Shown here: positions 48,012-57,340 of the stretch, in pieces
How the letters are laid out: each line of letters opens with the position of its first letter
How positions within the stretch are numbered: position 1 is the first letter of the stretch
Assembly: GCA_038235845.1 (NCBI GenBank)
Contig: JBBSTN010000001.1
Span: forward strand, 1-59,876
Direction: 5' to 3'
DNA length: 59,876 nt
Origin: Gemmatimonadales bacterium
GTDB taxonomy: Bacteria > Gemmatimonadota > Gemmatimonadetes > Gemmatimonadales > Gemmatimonadaceae
Translations under genes and position numbers: made by a program
Notes under the pieces: model-generated
Database searches by the model: none
What the model saw: only the letters and a program-made list of their open reading frames with translations
Told to the model about the DNA's origin: nothing

Positions 48012-49123
48012 AGTTCGTCGACGAGTTTCGCGACGGCGCTATTGGTGCCAGACTTGCGAGCGAGATACGCGCCATAGTGGAGCCGGGCCGTCATTACAAG
48101 ATCATGGAAGTGTGCGGTGGCCACACCCACACTATTTATCGCTACGGAATCGACGATCTTCTGCCTGCCAATGTGGAGTTGGTGCACGGCCCGGGTTGTC
48201 CTGTCTGTGTGATTCCGATGGGTCGTGTCGATGACGGAATTGCGATCGCGCGGGAAGAAGGCGTTATCCTGACGTGCTTCGGCGACATGATGCGCGTGCC
48301 TGGAGGAAACGGAAGTTTCATCGACGCCAAGGCAAAAGGGGCGGACATTCGAATGGTGTATTCACCACTCGATGCTCTTCGCATCGCCCGTGAGAATCCA
48401 CACCGACAAGTGGTTTTCTTCGCCATCGGCTTCGAAACGACCGCGCCGTCTACCGCGTTGACGATTCTTCGTGCAAGCGCCGAGGGCATTCGCAATTTCA
48501 CTGTGATGTGTAATCACGTCACCATAGTTCCTCCGCTTCGTGCGCTCCTGGATTCACCAGATCTGAGACTGGACGGTTTCATCGGTCCTGGACATGTATG
48601 TACAGTGGTGGGTGCCAAGCCATTCGAATTCATTCCAGCGCATTATGGCAGGCCGGTTGCTGTGGGCGGATTCGAACCTCTGGATTTTTTGCAGGCTGTG
48701 TACATGGTTCTCAGGCAGCTGGCAGAGGGTAGATGCGAGGTCGAGAATCAGTACACACGCGTCGTTCCCTATGATGGAAACCCGCAGGCACTAAAGGTTT
48801 TGTCGCAGGTTTTCGAGTTGCGCTCGCACTTCGAGTGGAGAGGACTTGGTTTTATTTCCCAGAGTGCGTTGCAACTCGCTCCTGCCTTTCGCGATTTCGA
48901 CGCGGAAGTGCGTTTTGCTGTTCCCGGTGTCCGTGTTGCCGACCCAAAGGCATGTCAGTGTGGTGAAGTGTTGAAAGGCGTGATCAAACCATGGGAATGC
49001 AAGGTGTTCGGCACCGCGTGTACTCCCGAGCATCCCATCGGTACGTGTATGGTGTCCAGCGAAGGTGCCTGTGCAGCCTACTACAATTTTGGTCGTGTGG
49101 CACGAGATCGGGCGGTCGTGTGA
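48008..49123 (+). CDS. hypD: Hydrogenase maturation protein HypD
   Basis: CGGHT, GPGCPVC, GFETT, PGHV and CMVSSEGAC. Confidence 0.97.
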   Translation: MKFVDEFRDGAIGARLASEIRAIVEPGRHYKIMEVCGGHTHTIYRYGIDDLLPANVELVHGPGCPVCVIPMGRVDDGIAIAREEGVILTCFGDMMRVPGGNGSFIDAKAKGADIRMVYSPLDALRIARENPHRQVVFFAIGFETTAPSTALTILRASAEGIRNFTVMCNHVTIVPPLRALLDSPDLRLDGFIGPGHVCTVVGAKPFEFIPAHYGRPVAVGGFEPLDFLQAVYMVLRQLAEGRCEVENQYTRVVPYDGNPQALKVLSQVFELRSHFEWRGLGFISQSALQLAPAFRDFDAEVRFAVPGVRVADPKACQCGEVLKGVIKPWECKVFGTACTPEHPIGTCMVSSEGACAAYYNFGRVARDRAVV

Positions 49124-50235
49124 CACAGACGTTCGCAGATGGTGCGAGGCGCGGTGAGAAGGAGCGTGAACAGGAAGCTCTGGATAAGATCGATCTGGTC
49201 AGATCGAGAGCTCCCAGGTTTCGTGATTCACAGATTACCATGGCGCATGGTGCGGGAGGCAAGGCAACGGCAACTTTGGTGCAGGGGTTGTTCGTCCCTG
49301 CATTTGCTAATGAAGTTCTCTCGCGACTGGACGATGCTGGTGCGATCGATGTGGGCGGGGTGCGTCTTGCGCTTACCACAGATTCGTTTGTCGTAAAGCC
49401 GCTCAAGTTTCCCGGCGGCTCGATTGGCGAGCTTGCTGTTAACGGGACGGTGAATGATCTGGCAGTGGCGGGCGCGCGTCCGGTGGCAATCACAATTTCC
49501 ATGATACTGGAAGAGGGTTTGTCGGCGGACATTCTCCGACGCGAGACAGAGGCTATCGCTCGTGCAGCTCGCGTGGCGGGAGTAGACATAGTTGCCGGTG
49601 ACACCAAGGTTGTGGAACGAGGCCTGGCAGATGGTATGTATATCTGCACCACTGGGCTCGGTCACATCGACTCTCGCGCTAAGCTCTCGCCAGCGTCGCT
49701 CAGGCCCGGCGATCGGGTGCTTGTTTCAGGACGTATCGGCGACCATGGCACGGCGATCATGCTTGCTCGTGGCGAGTTTCAGCTCGATGCGGACATCAGT
49801 TCGGATACGCGTTCGCTCTGGCCACTTGTAGATGTGATTCTGGACGAAGCTGGAGCAGCAGACCTACGTTGCATGCGCGACGCGACTCGGGGAGGTGTGG
49901 CCTCTGTTCTGAATGAGCTGGCGGTTGCATCCGGAGTCGCGGTTCTGGTGAACGAAAGTTCGGTTCCAATCCAGCCGGCGGTACACGGCGCTTGCGAGAT
50001 ACTCGGAATCGATCCGATGTACGTCGCTAACGAAGGAAAACTCATCGCGATTGTTTCACCGGATGCGGCAGAGCGCACGCTCAACGCGATGAGACTGGTG
50101 GAAGGTTGTGACGATGCCGCAGACATCGGCGAAGTGCGAACAGAGCCAGCCGGTATGGTTCTGGTGCAAACATCATTTGGCGGACGCAGAGTAATGGACC
50201 TACTCGTTGGCGATCCCTTGCCGCGCATTTGCTGA
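49120..50235 (+). CDS. hypE: Carbamoyl dehydratase HypE
   Basis: AHGAGG, TTDSFVV, GDTKVV, RDATRGG and C-terminal LPRIC; GTG 49120 overlaps the hypD stop. Confidence 0.97.
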   Translation: MTQTFADGARRGEKEREQEALDKIDLVRSRAPRFRDSQITMAHGAGGKATATLVQGLFVPAFANEVLSRLDDAGAIDVGGVRLALTTDSFVVKPLKFPGGSIGELAVNGTVNDLAVAGARPVAITISMILEEGLSADILRRETEAIARAARVAGVDIVAGDTKVVERGLADGMYICTTGLGHIDSRAKLSPASLRPGDRVLVSGRIGDHGTAIMLARGEFQLDADISSDTRSLWPLVDVILDEAGAADLRCMRDATRGGVASVLNELAVASGVAVLVNESSVPIQPAVHGACEILGIDPMYVANEGKLIAIVSPDAAERTLNAMRLVEGCDDAADIGEVRTEPAGMVLVQTSFGGRRVMDLLVGDPLPRIC

Positions 50236-50349
50236 CAATAACAACACGCAGCATTAATTATTGATTTTCAATCGAACGGAGAATGTGATCGCGCTATTTC
50301 AGAAGGAGTCAAGGTAGGGCTAACGCCAAACCGCAGGGGGAGATGAAGT

Positions 50350-51465
50350 ATGGACAAGCAAAGTGTTGCCACGACCAAAACCGCAAAAAAGGAAGTGGAG
50401 AAGAAACCGAAGGGAGTTGACGAGGTTCATGTCCTGTGGATCTCCGAAGGAATGAGTTGCGACGGTGATACGGTATCAATTACTGCGGCAACTCAACCCA
50501 GTATCGAAGACGTCTTGCTTGGGCTGATTCCCGGTCTCCCCAAGGTTCATCTCCACAACAAGGTTCTCTCGTACACACTGGGTGGTACATCGAAATGGGG
50601 AGGTCCGGAAGATTTTCTGGCTCCCTTCAGAAAAGGTGTAAGTGGGGAACTCGGACCATTTGTTCTGGTCATCGAGGGTTCGATCCCAAATGAGAACATT
50701 AACGGTGATGGTTTCTGGACGAGCTTCGGGAACGATGAGAATGGCAATCCGCTGAGTATCAATTGGTGGATTGATCGTCTCGCACCACAGGCATGGGCGG
50801 TCATCGCGATTGGTACCTGCGCCACCTACGGCGGAATTCACGCGATGGCGGGGAATCCTACCGGGTGTATGGGTCTCGCGGATTATCTCGGATGGAATTT
50901 CCGCTCCGCGGGCGGCCTCCCAATCGTGAATGTTCCCGGCTGCCCGGTGCAGCCCGACAACTTCATGGAGACACTCACCTGGCTCTTGTATCAGGCGGCT
51001 GGCTTATCGCCGATGATACCGCTCGACGAGCAGCTCAGACCTACCTGGCTATTTGGAAAGACTGTCCACGAAGGCTGCGATCGTGCCGGATATTACGAGC
51101 AGGGCGATTTCGCGCTCGACTATAACTCCCCAAAATGTCAGGTGAAGATTGGCTGCTGGGGCCCGGTGGTGAACTGTAACGTACCCAAGCGTGGCTGGAT
51201 GAACGGCATTGGTGGATGTCCCAACGTTGGTGGGATATGTATAGGGTGCACGATGCCAGGCTTTCCGGACAAGTTCATGCCGTTCATGGATGCACCGCCC
51301 GGCGGCACACTTTCATCTGCCTTCTCCGGCGCGTATGGCGGGATGATCAGGAAACTGCGCGCAATTACAAATCACACCGTGAACAAGGAGCCCAAGTGGC
51401 GGCACAATCGTGCAGAGCTAACGACTGGCTACTCGCCGCGATATCCAGAGCGTAAGGGAGAATAA
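50350..51465 (+). CDS. hhyS: Group 1h [NiFe]-hydrogenase small subunit, no Tat signal
   Basis: SCDGD, GTCATYGG, PGCP, HEGCDR, GCWGP and CPNVGGICIGC. Confidence 0.95.
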   Translation: MDKQSVATTKTAKKEVEKKPKGVDEVHVLWISEGMSCDGDTVSITAATQPSIEDVLLGLIPGLPKVHLHNKVLSYTLGGTSKWGGPEDFLAPFRKGVSGELGPFVLVIEGSIPNENINGDGFWTSFGNDENGNPLSINWWIDRLAPQAWAVIAIGTCATYGGIHAMAGNPTGCMGLADYLGWNFRSAGGLPIVNVPGCPVQPDNFMETLTWLLYQAAGLSPMIPLDEQLRPTWLFGKTVHEGCDRAGYYEQGDFALDYNSPKCQVKIGCWGPVVNCNVPKRGWMNGIGGCPNVGGICIGCTMPGFPDKFMPFMDAPPGGTLSSAFSGAYGGMIRKLRAITNHTVNKEPKWRHNRAELTTGYSPRYPERKGE

Positions 51466-51468
51466 GGA

Positions 51469-53277
51469 ATGACTACAGCCATAAACCCACAAACGCCGCC
51501 GCCGGAACCACCGGCGAAGGAAAAGAAGCTCGTCGACATGCACTGGGATCCGATTACACGAATTATCGGAAACCTTGGGATTTATACGAAGATCGACTTC
51601 GAGAATCGTGAAGTTGCAGAGTGCCAGAGCACTTCGTCGATGTTTCGCGGTTACAGCGTGTTCATGAAAGGTAAAGACCCGCGGGACGCGCATTTCATAA
51701 CAAGTCGCATCTGCGGTATATGCGGTGACAATCACGCCACCTGTTCCATCTACGCCCAGAACATGGCGTACGGCGTAAAGCCGCCGCCGCTTGCGGAATG
51801 GATCGTGAATCTGGGTGAAGCGGCTGAATACATGTTCGACCACACCATCTTCCAGGACAACCTCGTTTTCGTTGACTGGTGTGAGCAAATGGTCAAGGAA
51901 ACAAATCCGAGTGTGCTGGCAAAAGCAGAGAAGACTGCCGCACCGAATGCGCATATTCACGGTTTCCGTACCATTGCCGACATCATGCGGGCATTCAATC
52001 CGTTTACCGGCAGCATGTACAAGGAAGCATTGCACATCAGCCGCGTAACGCGCGAAATGTTTTGCCTCATGGAAGGGCGACATGTTCATCCGTCCACGCT
52101 CTATCCAGGCGGTGTAGGTACTGTCGCCACGCCGCAGGTATTCACGGACTACCTCGTGCGTCTTATGCACGTACTCGACTTCGTCAAGAAAGCGGTCCCG
52201 CTCAACGACGATCTCGTCGATTTCTGGTACGACGCACTGCCCGGATACGAGGAAGTTGGCAACCGGAGAATACTGCTAGGATGCTGGGGATCTTTCCAGA
52301 ATCCCGACACGTGCGACTATGACTACAAGACAATGGGTTCGTGGGGCAAGGACATGTTCGTCACTCCCGGAATCATTGTCGACGGGAAAATCGTCACGAA
52401 CGACCTTGTCGACATCAATGTCGGCATGCGCATACTGCTGGGCAGCTCCTTCTACGACGACTGGCAAGGCGAGCAGAACTTCGTCGAGAAAGACCCACTC
52501 GGTAATACGATCGACAAGCGACATCCGTGGAATCAAACCACTCTTCCCCATCCGCAAAAACGCGACTTCGAGGGCAACTATAGCTGGGTGATGAGTCCGC
52601 GCTGGTACGACAAACGCACTGGCGATCACCTTGCGCTCGATACCGGCGGCGGCCCGTTGGCGCGGCTCTGGACGACGGCGCTAAGTGGCCTTGTCGATCT
52701 GCCCACGATCAAAGCGACCGGCAGTAGTGTCAAGATGAATCTTCCCCGCAGCGCTCAGCTGCCCGAGACGGAACTCGAATGGAAGATTCCAAAGTGGTCC
52801 AACACCATCGAGCGCGATCGCGCACGAATGTACTTCGTGGCTTACTCGGCCGCTGCGGCATTTCACTTTCTCGAAAAGGCAATGACCGAAGTGCGCGCGG
52901 GGCGGACGAAGGTTTTTACCGATTTCAAGGTGCCCGATGACGCTATCGGTTGCGGATTCCACGAGGCGGTGCGCGGAGTGCTTTCACATCATCTCGTCAT
53001 TCGCGACAGAAAGATCGCCAACTATCACCCGTATCCGCCGACGCCCTGGAATGCGAGTCCCCGGGATATGTATGGAACGCCTGGTCCGTACGAGGATGCC
53101 GTCAACGGTCTCAAGATCTTCGAGGAGAATGATCAGGAGAATTTCAAGGGCATCGACATCATGCGCACGGTGCGGAGCTTCGACCCTTGTCTGCCTTGCG
53201 GTGTTCACATGTATCTTGGCAACGGCAAGACCTTAAAAACGACGCACTCGCCGATGTTTGGTGCTCACAGCAAATGA
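51469..53277 (+). CDS. hhyL: Group 1h (group 5) [NiFe]-hydrogenase large subunit
   Basis: L1 TSRICGICGDNH and L2 SFDPCLPCGVH match the group 1h signatures; WDPITRI; NYHPYPPTPWN. Confidence 0.96.
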   Translation: MTTAINPQTPPPEPPAKEKKLVDMHWDPITRIIGNLGIYTKIDFENREVAECQSTSSMFRGYSVFMKGKDPRDAHFITSRICGICGDNHATCSIYAQNMAYGVKPPPLAEWIVNLGEAAEYMFDHTIFQDNLVFVDWCEQMVKETNPSVLAKAEKTAAPNAHIHGFRTIADIMRAFNPFTGSMYKEALHISRVTREMFCLMEGRHVHPSTLYPGGVGTVATPQVFTDYLVRLMHVLDFVKKAVPLNDDLVDFWYDALPGYEEVGNRRILLGCWGSFQNPDTCDYDYKTMGSWGKDMFVTPGIIVDGKIVTNDLVDINVGMRILLGSSFYDDWQGEQNFVEKDPLGNTIDKRHPWNQTTLPHPQKRDFEGNYSWVMSPRWYDKRTGDHLALDTGGGPLARLWTTALSGLVDLPTIKATGSSVKMNLPRSAQLPETELEWKIPKWSNTIERDRARMYFVAYSAAAAFHFLEKAMTEVRAGRTKVFTDFKVPDDAIGCGFHEAVRGVLSHHLVIRDRKIANYHPYPPTPWNASPRDMYGTPGPYEDAVNGLKIFEENDQENFKGIDIMRTVRSFDPCLPCGVHMYLGNGKTLKTTHSPMFGAHSK

Positions 53278-53286
53278 TGGTAGCAC

Positions 53287-53682
53287 ATGTCGCTCACTGA
53301 TCTTCAGGCGCGCGAGCGCGTGGCTCAAGTCGAATCTCTGCTTGAACGCGGGGAGAATGTGGTGGATGCGTCGGCCCGGGATCTGATTATCGAGACTGTT
53401 CAGACTCTTCTCGATATTTACGGCGAAGGACTGTCGCGCATGGTGGGCCACGTCGCCGAACAATGTCGTGGAGCGACGCAGGAGGACATCGCCGATGCTT
53501 TTGCTGGTGATGAACTGGTGTCCCACCTGCTTCTGCTGCACGGCTTGCATCCAGCCGGTCAACTGTCGGTGACACCGGTCGACCAGGGTCCGGCGTTGGT
53601 GCCGTTGCGACGCGCGCGGAGGGTGGAATTAACGAACGGGGTTCCAGAAAACGATTCGCATTCGTCGGCCGTTACGGCGTGA
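53287..53682 (+). CDS. Shortened HhyE/NifU-associated protein (N-terminal helical part only)
   Basis: LLDIYGEGLSR...DELVSHLLLLHGLHP; position after hhyL; no CxxC. Confidence 0.75.
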   Translation: MSLTDLQARERVAQVESLLERGENVVDASARDLIIETVQTLLDIYGEGLSRMVGHVAEQCRGATQEDIADAFAGDELVSHLLLLHGLHPAGQLSVTPVDQGPALVPLRRARRVELTNGVPENDSHSSAVTA

Positions 53683-54380
53683 ATATGTCGTTGCGCAATC
53701 ATCCTGCACTAAAAAGCCGGTTGTACGCGATCATCAACAGTGGCGCAAGCGATACCGTAAAGGAGGACATTCCTGAGCACGTCGAGCGCTGTGAACTCTG
53801 CACGCAGACGGTGCCAGGGGAGCATCGTCACTTGCTCGACCTTTCAAAGCGAAAACTGGTTTGCGCATGTCGCGCATGTTCTACGTTATTTGCAGATGGC
53901 TCCATCGGTGGTAGGAATTATCAGCTGATTCCGGATGATGTGATCGCACTTAGAGAGTTTAAACTCGACAATGTGTTCTGGTCTGCCTTGGCGGTACCCG
54001 TAGATCTTGCATTCTTTTTCACAGATACTGCTGCGTCACGCACAGTGGTTCTCTATCCCGGACCAATGGGTGCCGCTGAGTCACAGCTTGAACCGAGCGC
54101 GTGGGAAGATCTGCTGGGGGTAAATCCCGCCCTTTGCGAGCTCAAGCCCGACGTTCAAGCTCTACTCGTTAACAGAACTCGGGGCGCAAGGGAGCAGTGG
54201 CTCGTTCCGATAGATACATGCTATTCGCTGGTCGGGCTGATTCGGCTAAGATGGAAAGGCCTGGGCGGGGGTGAAGAGGTGTGGGTCGAGCTTGATCGTT
54301 TTTTCGAGAACTTGCGTTCGAGAGCGTTGCCGCTGAGGTCCTTTGCTGGTTCACCATTACAGGAGGCAAACAGCCAATGA
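53679..54380 (+). CDS. Group 1h hydrogenase-associated protein (DUF5947/HhaA-like)
   Basis: ERCELC, HRHL, CACRAC, PVDLAFF, YPGPMGA and PIDTCY. Confidence 0.85.
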   Translation: MNMSLRNHPALKSRLYAIINSGASDTVKEDIPEHVERCELCTQTVPGEHRHLLDLSKRKLVCACRACSTLFADGSIGGRNYQLIPDDVIALREFKLDNVFWSALAVPVDLAFFFTDTAASRTVVLYPGPMGAAESQLEPSAWEDLLGVNPALCELKPDVQALLVNRTRGAREQWLVPIDTCYSLVGLIRLRWKGLGGGEEVWVELDRFFENLRSRALPLRSFAGSPLQEANSQ

Positions 54381-54613
54381 AACGAAAAGCACTTGATCGA
54401 CGCTCTGGTCCAATCAGAGTTGGCAAGCCAGATGTTGATATCGAAGCTCCGGGGCATGTGAAGGGCACGAATGCCGGCAATGACATTGGGCACTATGAGA
54501 AGATGGAAGGTCATCTGCCCGACGGTCGATCGACGGCTCGACGATCGACTGGTATTAATGCCGACTCTAGTAATCCAATAGACCCACGTATGCCGAATCT
54601 CTCGCCAGCCTGA
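54377..54613 (+). CDS. Small hydrophilic hypothetical protein
   Basis: GGAGG RBS; ATGA overlap; ends RSTGIN...PIDPRMPNLSPA. Confidence 0.75.
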   Translation: MKRKALDRRSGPIRVGKPDVDIEAPGHVKGTNAGNDIGHYEKMEGHLPDGRSTARRSTGINADSSNPIDPRMPNLSPA

Positions 54614-54620
54614 TGGAAGC

Positions 54621-55301
54621 GTGACGCCGATGGATGTGAATACACCCGTACTGAAGCTTGATGTCGTTGACGCGAACGCGGAAACCTACGCTGCCGTGCC
54701 CACGCTTCGGTTTACGATCGGCGTTGAATGCACGGGAGGCTCTGACAGAGTCCAGTCGGTTATGCTCACTTCACAGATTCGAATTGCAGTTGAGCGACGA
54801 ACCTATGCTTCAACAGAGCAGGAGAAGCTTGCGGAGTTGTTTGGCACTGCTGACAGATGGGGCGATACCCTGAAAAGTCTCTATTGGACTCATGCGACAA
54901 CCGTCATTCCGTCGTTCCAGCAGAAAACCGAGTTCGCGCTCCTCGTACCATGTACCTACGACTTTGATGTCGTGACTGCCAAATATTTTGCCGGCTTGAG
55001 TAAGGGCGAAGTTCCACTCGATTTTCTTTTCAGTGGTAGCGTATTCTACCAGGACGATGAGGGACAGCTGCAAACAGCCCGACTGAACTGGGATGTGGAA
55101 TCGCGGTTCCGAATGCCAGTTAGTGTGTGGAAGGAGATGATTGATCACTACTTTCCGAACAGTTCCTGGTTGCGGCTCGAGCGAGATACCATCGAGAAGC
55201 TCTATGCTTTCCGCGCTGCGCATTCGCTACAAACGTGGGAAAAGACATTGGATGTTCTGCTCGACTCCGCGTCTGTCGAATCAGGATCGCAGCCATCGTG
55301 A
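54621..55301 (+). CDS. Group 1h hydrogenase-associated protein (DUF6084/HhaB-like)
   Basis: YAAVPTL, QIRI, LFG..DRW, PCTYDF, FLFSG and YFPN. Confidence 0.85.
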   Translation: MTPMDVNTPVLKLDVVDANAETYAAVPTLRFTIGVECTGGSDRVQSVMLTSQIRIAVERRTYASTEQEKLAELFGTADRWGDTLKSLYWTHATTVIPSFQQKTEFALLVPCTYDFDVVTAKYFAGLSKGEVPLDFLFSGSVFYQDDEGQLQTARLNWDVESRFRMPVSVWKEMIDHYFPNSSWLRLERDTIEKLYAFRAAHSLQTWEKTLDVLLDSASVESGSQPS

Positions 55302-56359
55302 GCACAGTTGAAGCCATTACTCGCGCATTGCTTTACGAGGGGTACATCCTGTGGCCATACACGCGGAGCGCGACCAAGAATCAGCAGCGCTGGACGTTCG
55401 GGGGAGTGTATCCGGAGGCGTACGCACTGCAAAGCGGCGGAGCTGATCGCTCGACGGTGCGCACAGAGGTGCTGGTCGAAGCGACAGACGGTAAACCATC
55501 GATAGTTGCTACGGTTCGATTCCTTCAGGTGATGGCGCGACAAGTGGTAAAGGTGATCGACGGTAGAGACGAACCGGTAAGTGAGATGACTGTGGCCGGC
55601 GAGCGTTATATGTCCTGGGACGAAGCTTCGGAGCGAGAGGCAGAGATTCCGCTCGAAATCAAGACGGGTTGCGCGGCCGCTTCGATGACCTTGAACATGG
55701 GGTCTGGAAGGTTCCGAGAACCACTGCTCGAAAATGGGAAGGAAATTGGAGCAATCGTTCGGAGCTGGGAAAGCATTTCAGGCCTGGTAACGGTGACCAG
55801 TGCGGGGATTCGCCATAACGATCAATCAGGCGCGAGTCTGCATCGGATTGGTGTCTCCATCAGCAACACAAATAGCAGCACCAATACGTCCCGAGAGGAG
55901 GCCGTCAGGTGCACGTTGATCTCAGCACATGTCATTGTGCGTGCGAGCGGAGCGAAGTTCATCTCACAGACCGACCCTCCACCAAGTCTGAAAGAACACT
56001 CATCTACGAACGCAAATATTGGTCTGTGGCCGGTGCTTGTGGGCGATAGCGACCGGAGCGACACCATCCTCGCTTCGCCAATTATTCTGGACGACTTTCC
56101 TAGAATAGCTCCGGAAAGCCCCGGAGACCTTTTTGACGGCGGGGAAATCGATCAGCTGTTGGTGCTGAACGTACTTTCTCTCACCGAAGAAGAGCAGAAC
56201 GAAATGAGAGCCAGCGATCCCAAGGCTCGCGAAATTCTGGATCGGTGCAAATCGCTCACAAACGAACAGCTGATGCGCTTGCACGGCACTGTTCGCTCGA
56301 ACAATCCATCAGCATCGGCAGCGAGTAACGATAGATCGGTTGAGGGAACTCAAAGTTGA
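55298..56359 (+). CDS. Group 1h hydrogenase-associated protein (HhaC-like)
   Basis: LYEGYILWPY, KNQQRWTFG and SPIILDDFPRIAPESPGDLFDG; GTG 55298. Confidence 0.85.
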   Translation: MSTVEAITRALLYEGYILWPYTRSATKNQQRWTFGGVYPEAYALQSGGADRSTVRTEVLVEATDGKPSIVATVRFLQVMARQVVKVIDGRDEPVSEMTVAGERYMSWDEASEREAEIPLEIKTGCAAASMTLNMGSGRFREPLLENGKEIGAIVRSWESISGLVTVTSAGIRHNDQSGASLHRIGVSISNTNSSTNTSREEAVRCTLISAHVIVRASGAKFISQTDPPPSLKEHSSTNANIGLWPVLVGDSDRSDTILASPIILDDFPRIAPESPGDLFDGGEIDQLLVLNVLSLTEEEQNEMRASDPKAREILDRCKSLTNEQLMRLHGTVRSNNPSASAASNDRSVEGTQS

Positions 56360-57180
56360 GTGACATCTGGCAGGAGCTTCAGCGTGAGCCACCTACGTCG
56401 ATTGTCATACAGGGCGTCACCGTACAGCGAGGAACGCGTGTCAAACTGCGGCCACGTCCACGAGGGGATGTGTTTGACCAGATTCTCTCCGGTAAGACGG
56501 GAGTTGTGGAAGGCCTCGATGAAAGTCTTGATGGCGTTGCACAGGTAGCCGTTACTCTCGAAGACGACCCAGGAAGAGATATGGGTGAGGGGCGCTATCC
56601 CGGACACCGATTCTTTTTTAATGTCGACGAGGTCGAGCCCATCCCACACGAAATTGGCTCGAAAGCGGTTACCAGAATGCCGCGGGTTCTTGTGGCCGGG
56701 ATCGGCAACATCTTTCTGGGGGACGATGGGTTTGGCGTCGCGGTTTCACGACGTCTCGCGGAGCGTGAGTTGCCAGCAGGCGTAGATGTGCGTGACTTTG
56801 GTATTCGTGGAATGGACCTCGCCTATTCATTGCAGAACGACTACGACGCCGTTGTGTTCATCGATGCAACATCACGTGGCGAACCCGCTGGCACGTTGTA
56901 TGTGATCGATGCTGCAGTCGATGCAGATGGTCCGCTCGCAGTAGACACGCACGGAATGGATCCGGTGAAAGTCCTGGCGATGGCCCGGGCACTGGGCAAG
57001 GTGCCAAGCCGCGTCATCATCGTGGCCTGTGAAACTGAGAGTGTCGACTCTAAAAGCGACTGGTCGGAGATGGAGATGGCGCTCAGCGAACCAGTGCGTA
57101 GCTCGCTCAGCACCGCAGTCGCACAAGTTGAGTCGCTGATGCATGAGCTCTTGCATGATTTGAAGAGTAAGGAACAGTAA
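56356..57180 (+). CDS. Hydrogenase maturation protease with fused N-terminal domain
   Basis: GIGNIFLGDDGFG, DFGIRG, IDA and HGMDP; extra ~100-aa N-terminal domain (GTRVKLRP...DDPG...RFFF). Confidence 0.9.
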   Translation: MSDIWQELQREPPTSIVIQGVTVQRGTRVKLRPRPRGDVFDQILSGKTGVVEGLDESLDGVAQVAVTLEDDPGRDMGEGRYPGHRFFFNVDEVEPIPHEIGSKAVTRMPRVLVAGIGNIFLGDDGFGVAVSRRLAERELPAGVDVRDFGIRGMDLAYSLQNDYDAVVFIDATSRGEPAGTLYVIDAAVDADGPLAVDTHGMDPVKVLAMARALGKVPSRVIIVACETESVDSKSDWSEMEMALSEPVRSSLSTAVAQVESLMHELLHDLKSKEQ

Positions 57181-57232
57181 CCCGAGTTGTCACTGTGATA
57201 GTTCAATTCCTCTCACCTGAGACCTGCAAGCC

Positions 57233-57340
57233 ATGAGAATTCGAAACCTGTTCCTGGGACTGTTCGGTGCAGCCATAGGCGCGGCCATCGTCAAGCAGCT
57301 ACCTGAACTGCGCCGGTACATGAAGATGCGAGCAATGTGA
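57233..57340 (+). CDS. 35-aa membrane micro-protein (DUF6893-like), absent from ORF track
   Basis: MRIRNLFLGLFGAAIGAAIVKQLPELRRYMKMRAM; stop overlaps the next GTG start. Confidence 0.75.
   Translation: MRIRNLFLGLFGAAIGAAIVKQLPELRRYMKMRAM

Noticed and set aside
50261-50275. FNR box upstream of hhyS
   Set aside because: TTGAT-N5-ATCGA has the wrong spacing and a mismatch relative to TTGAT-N4-ATCAA.
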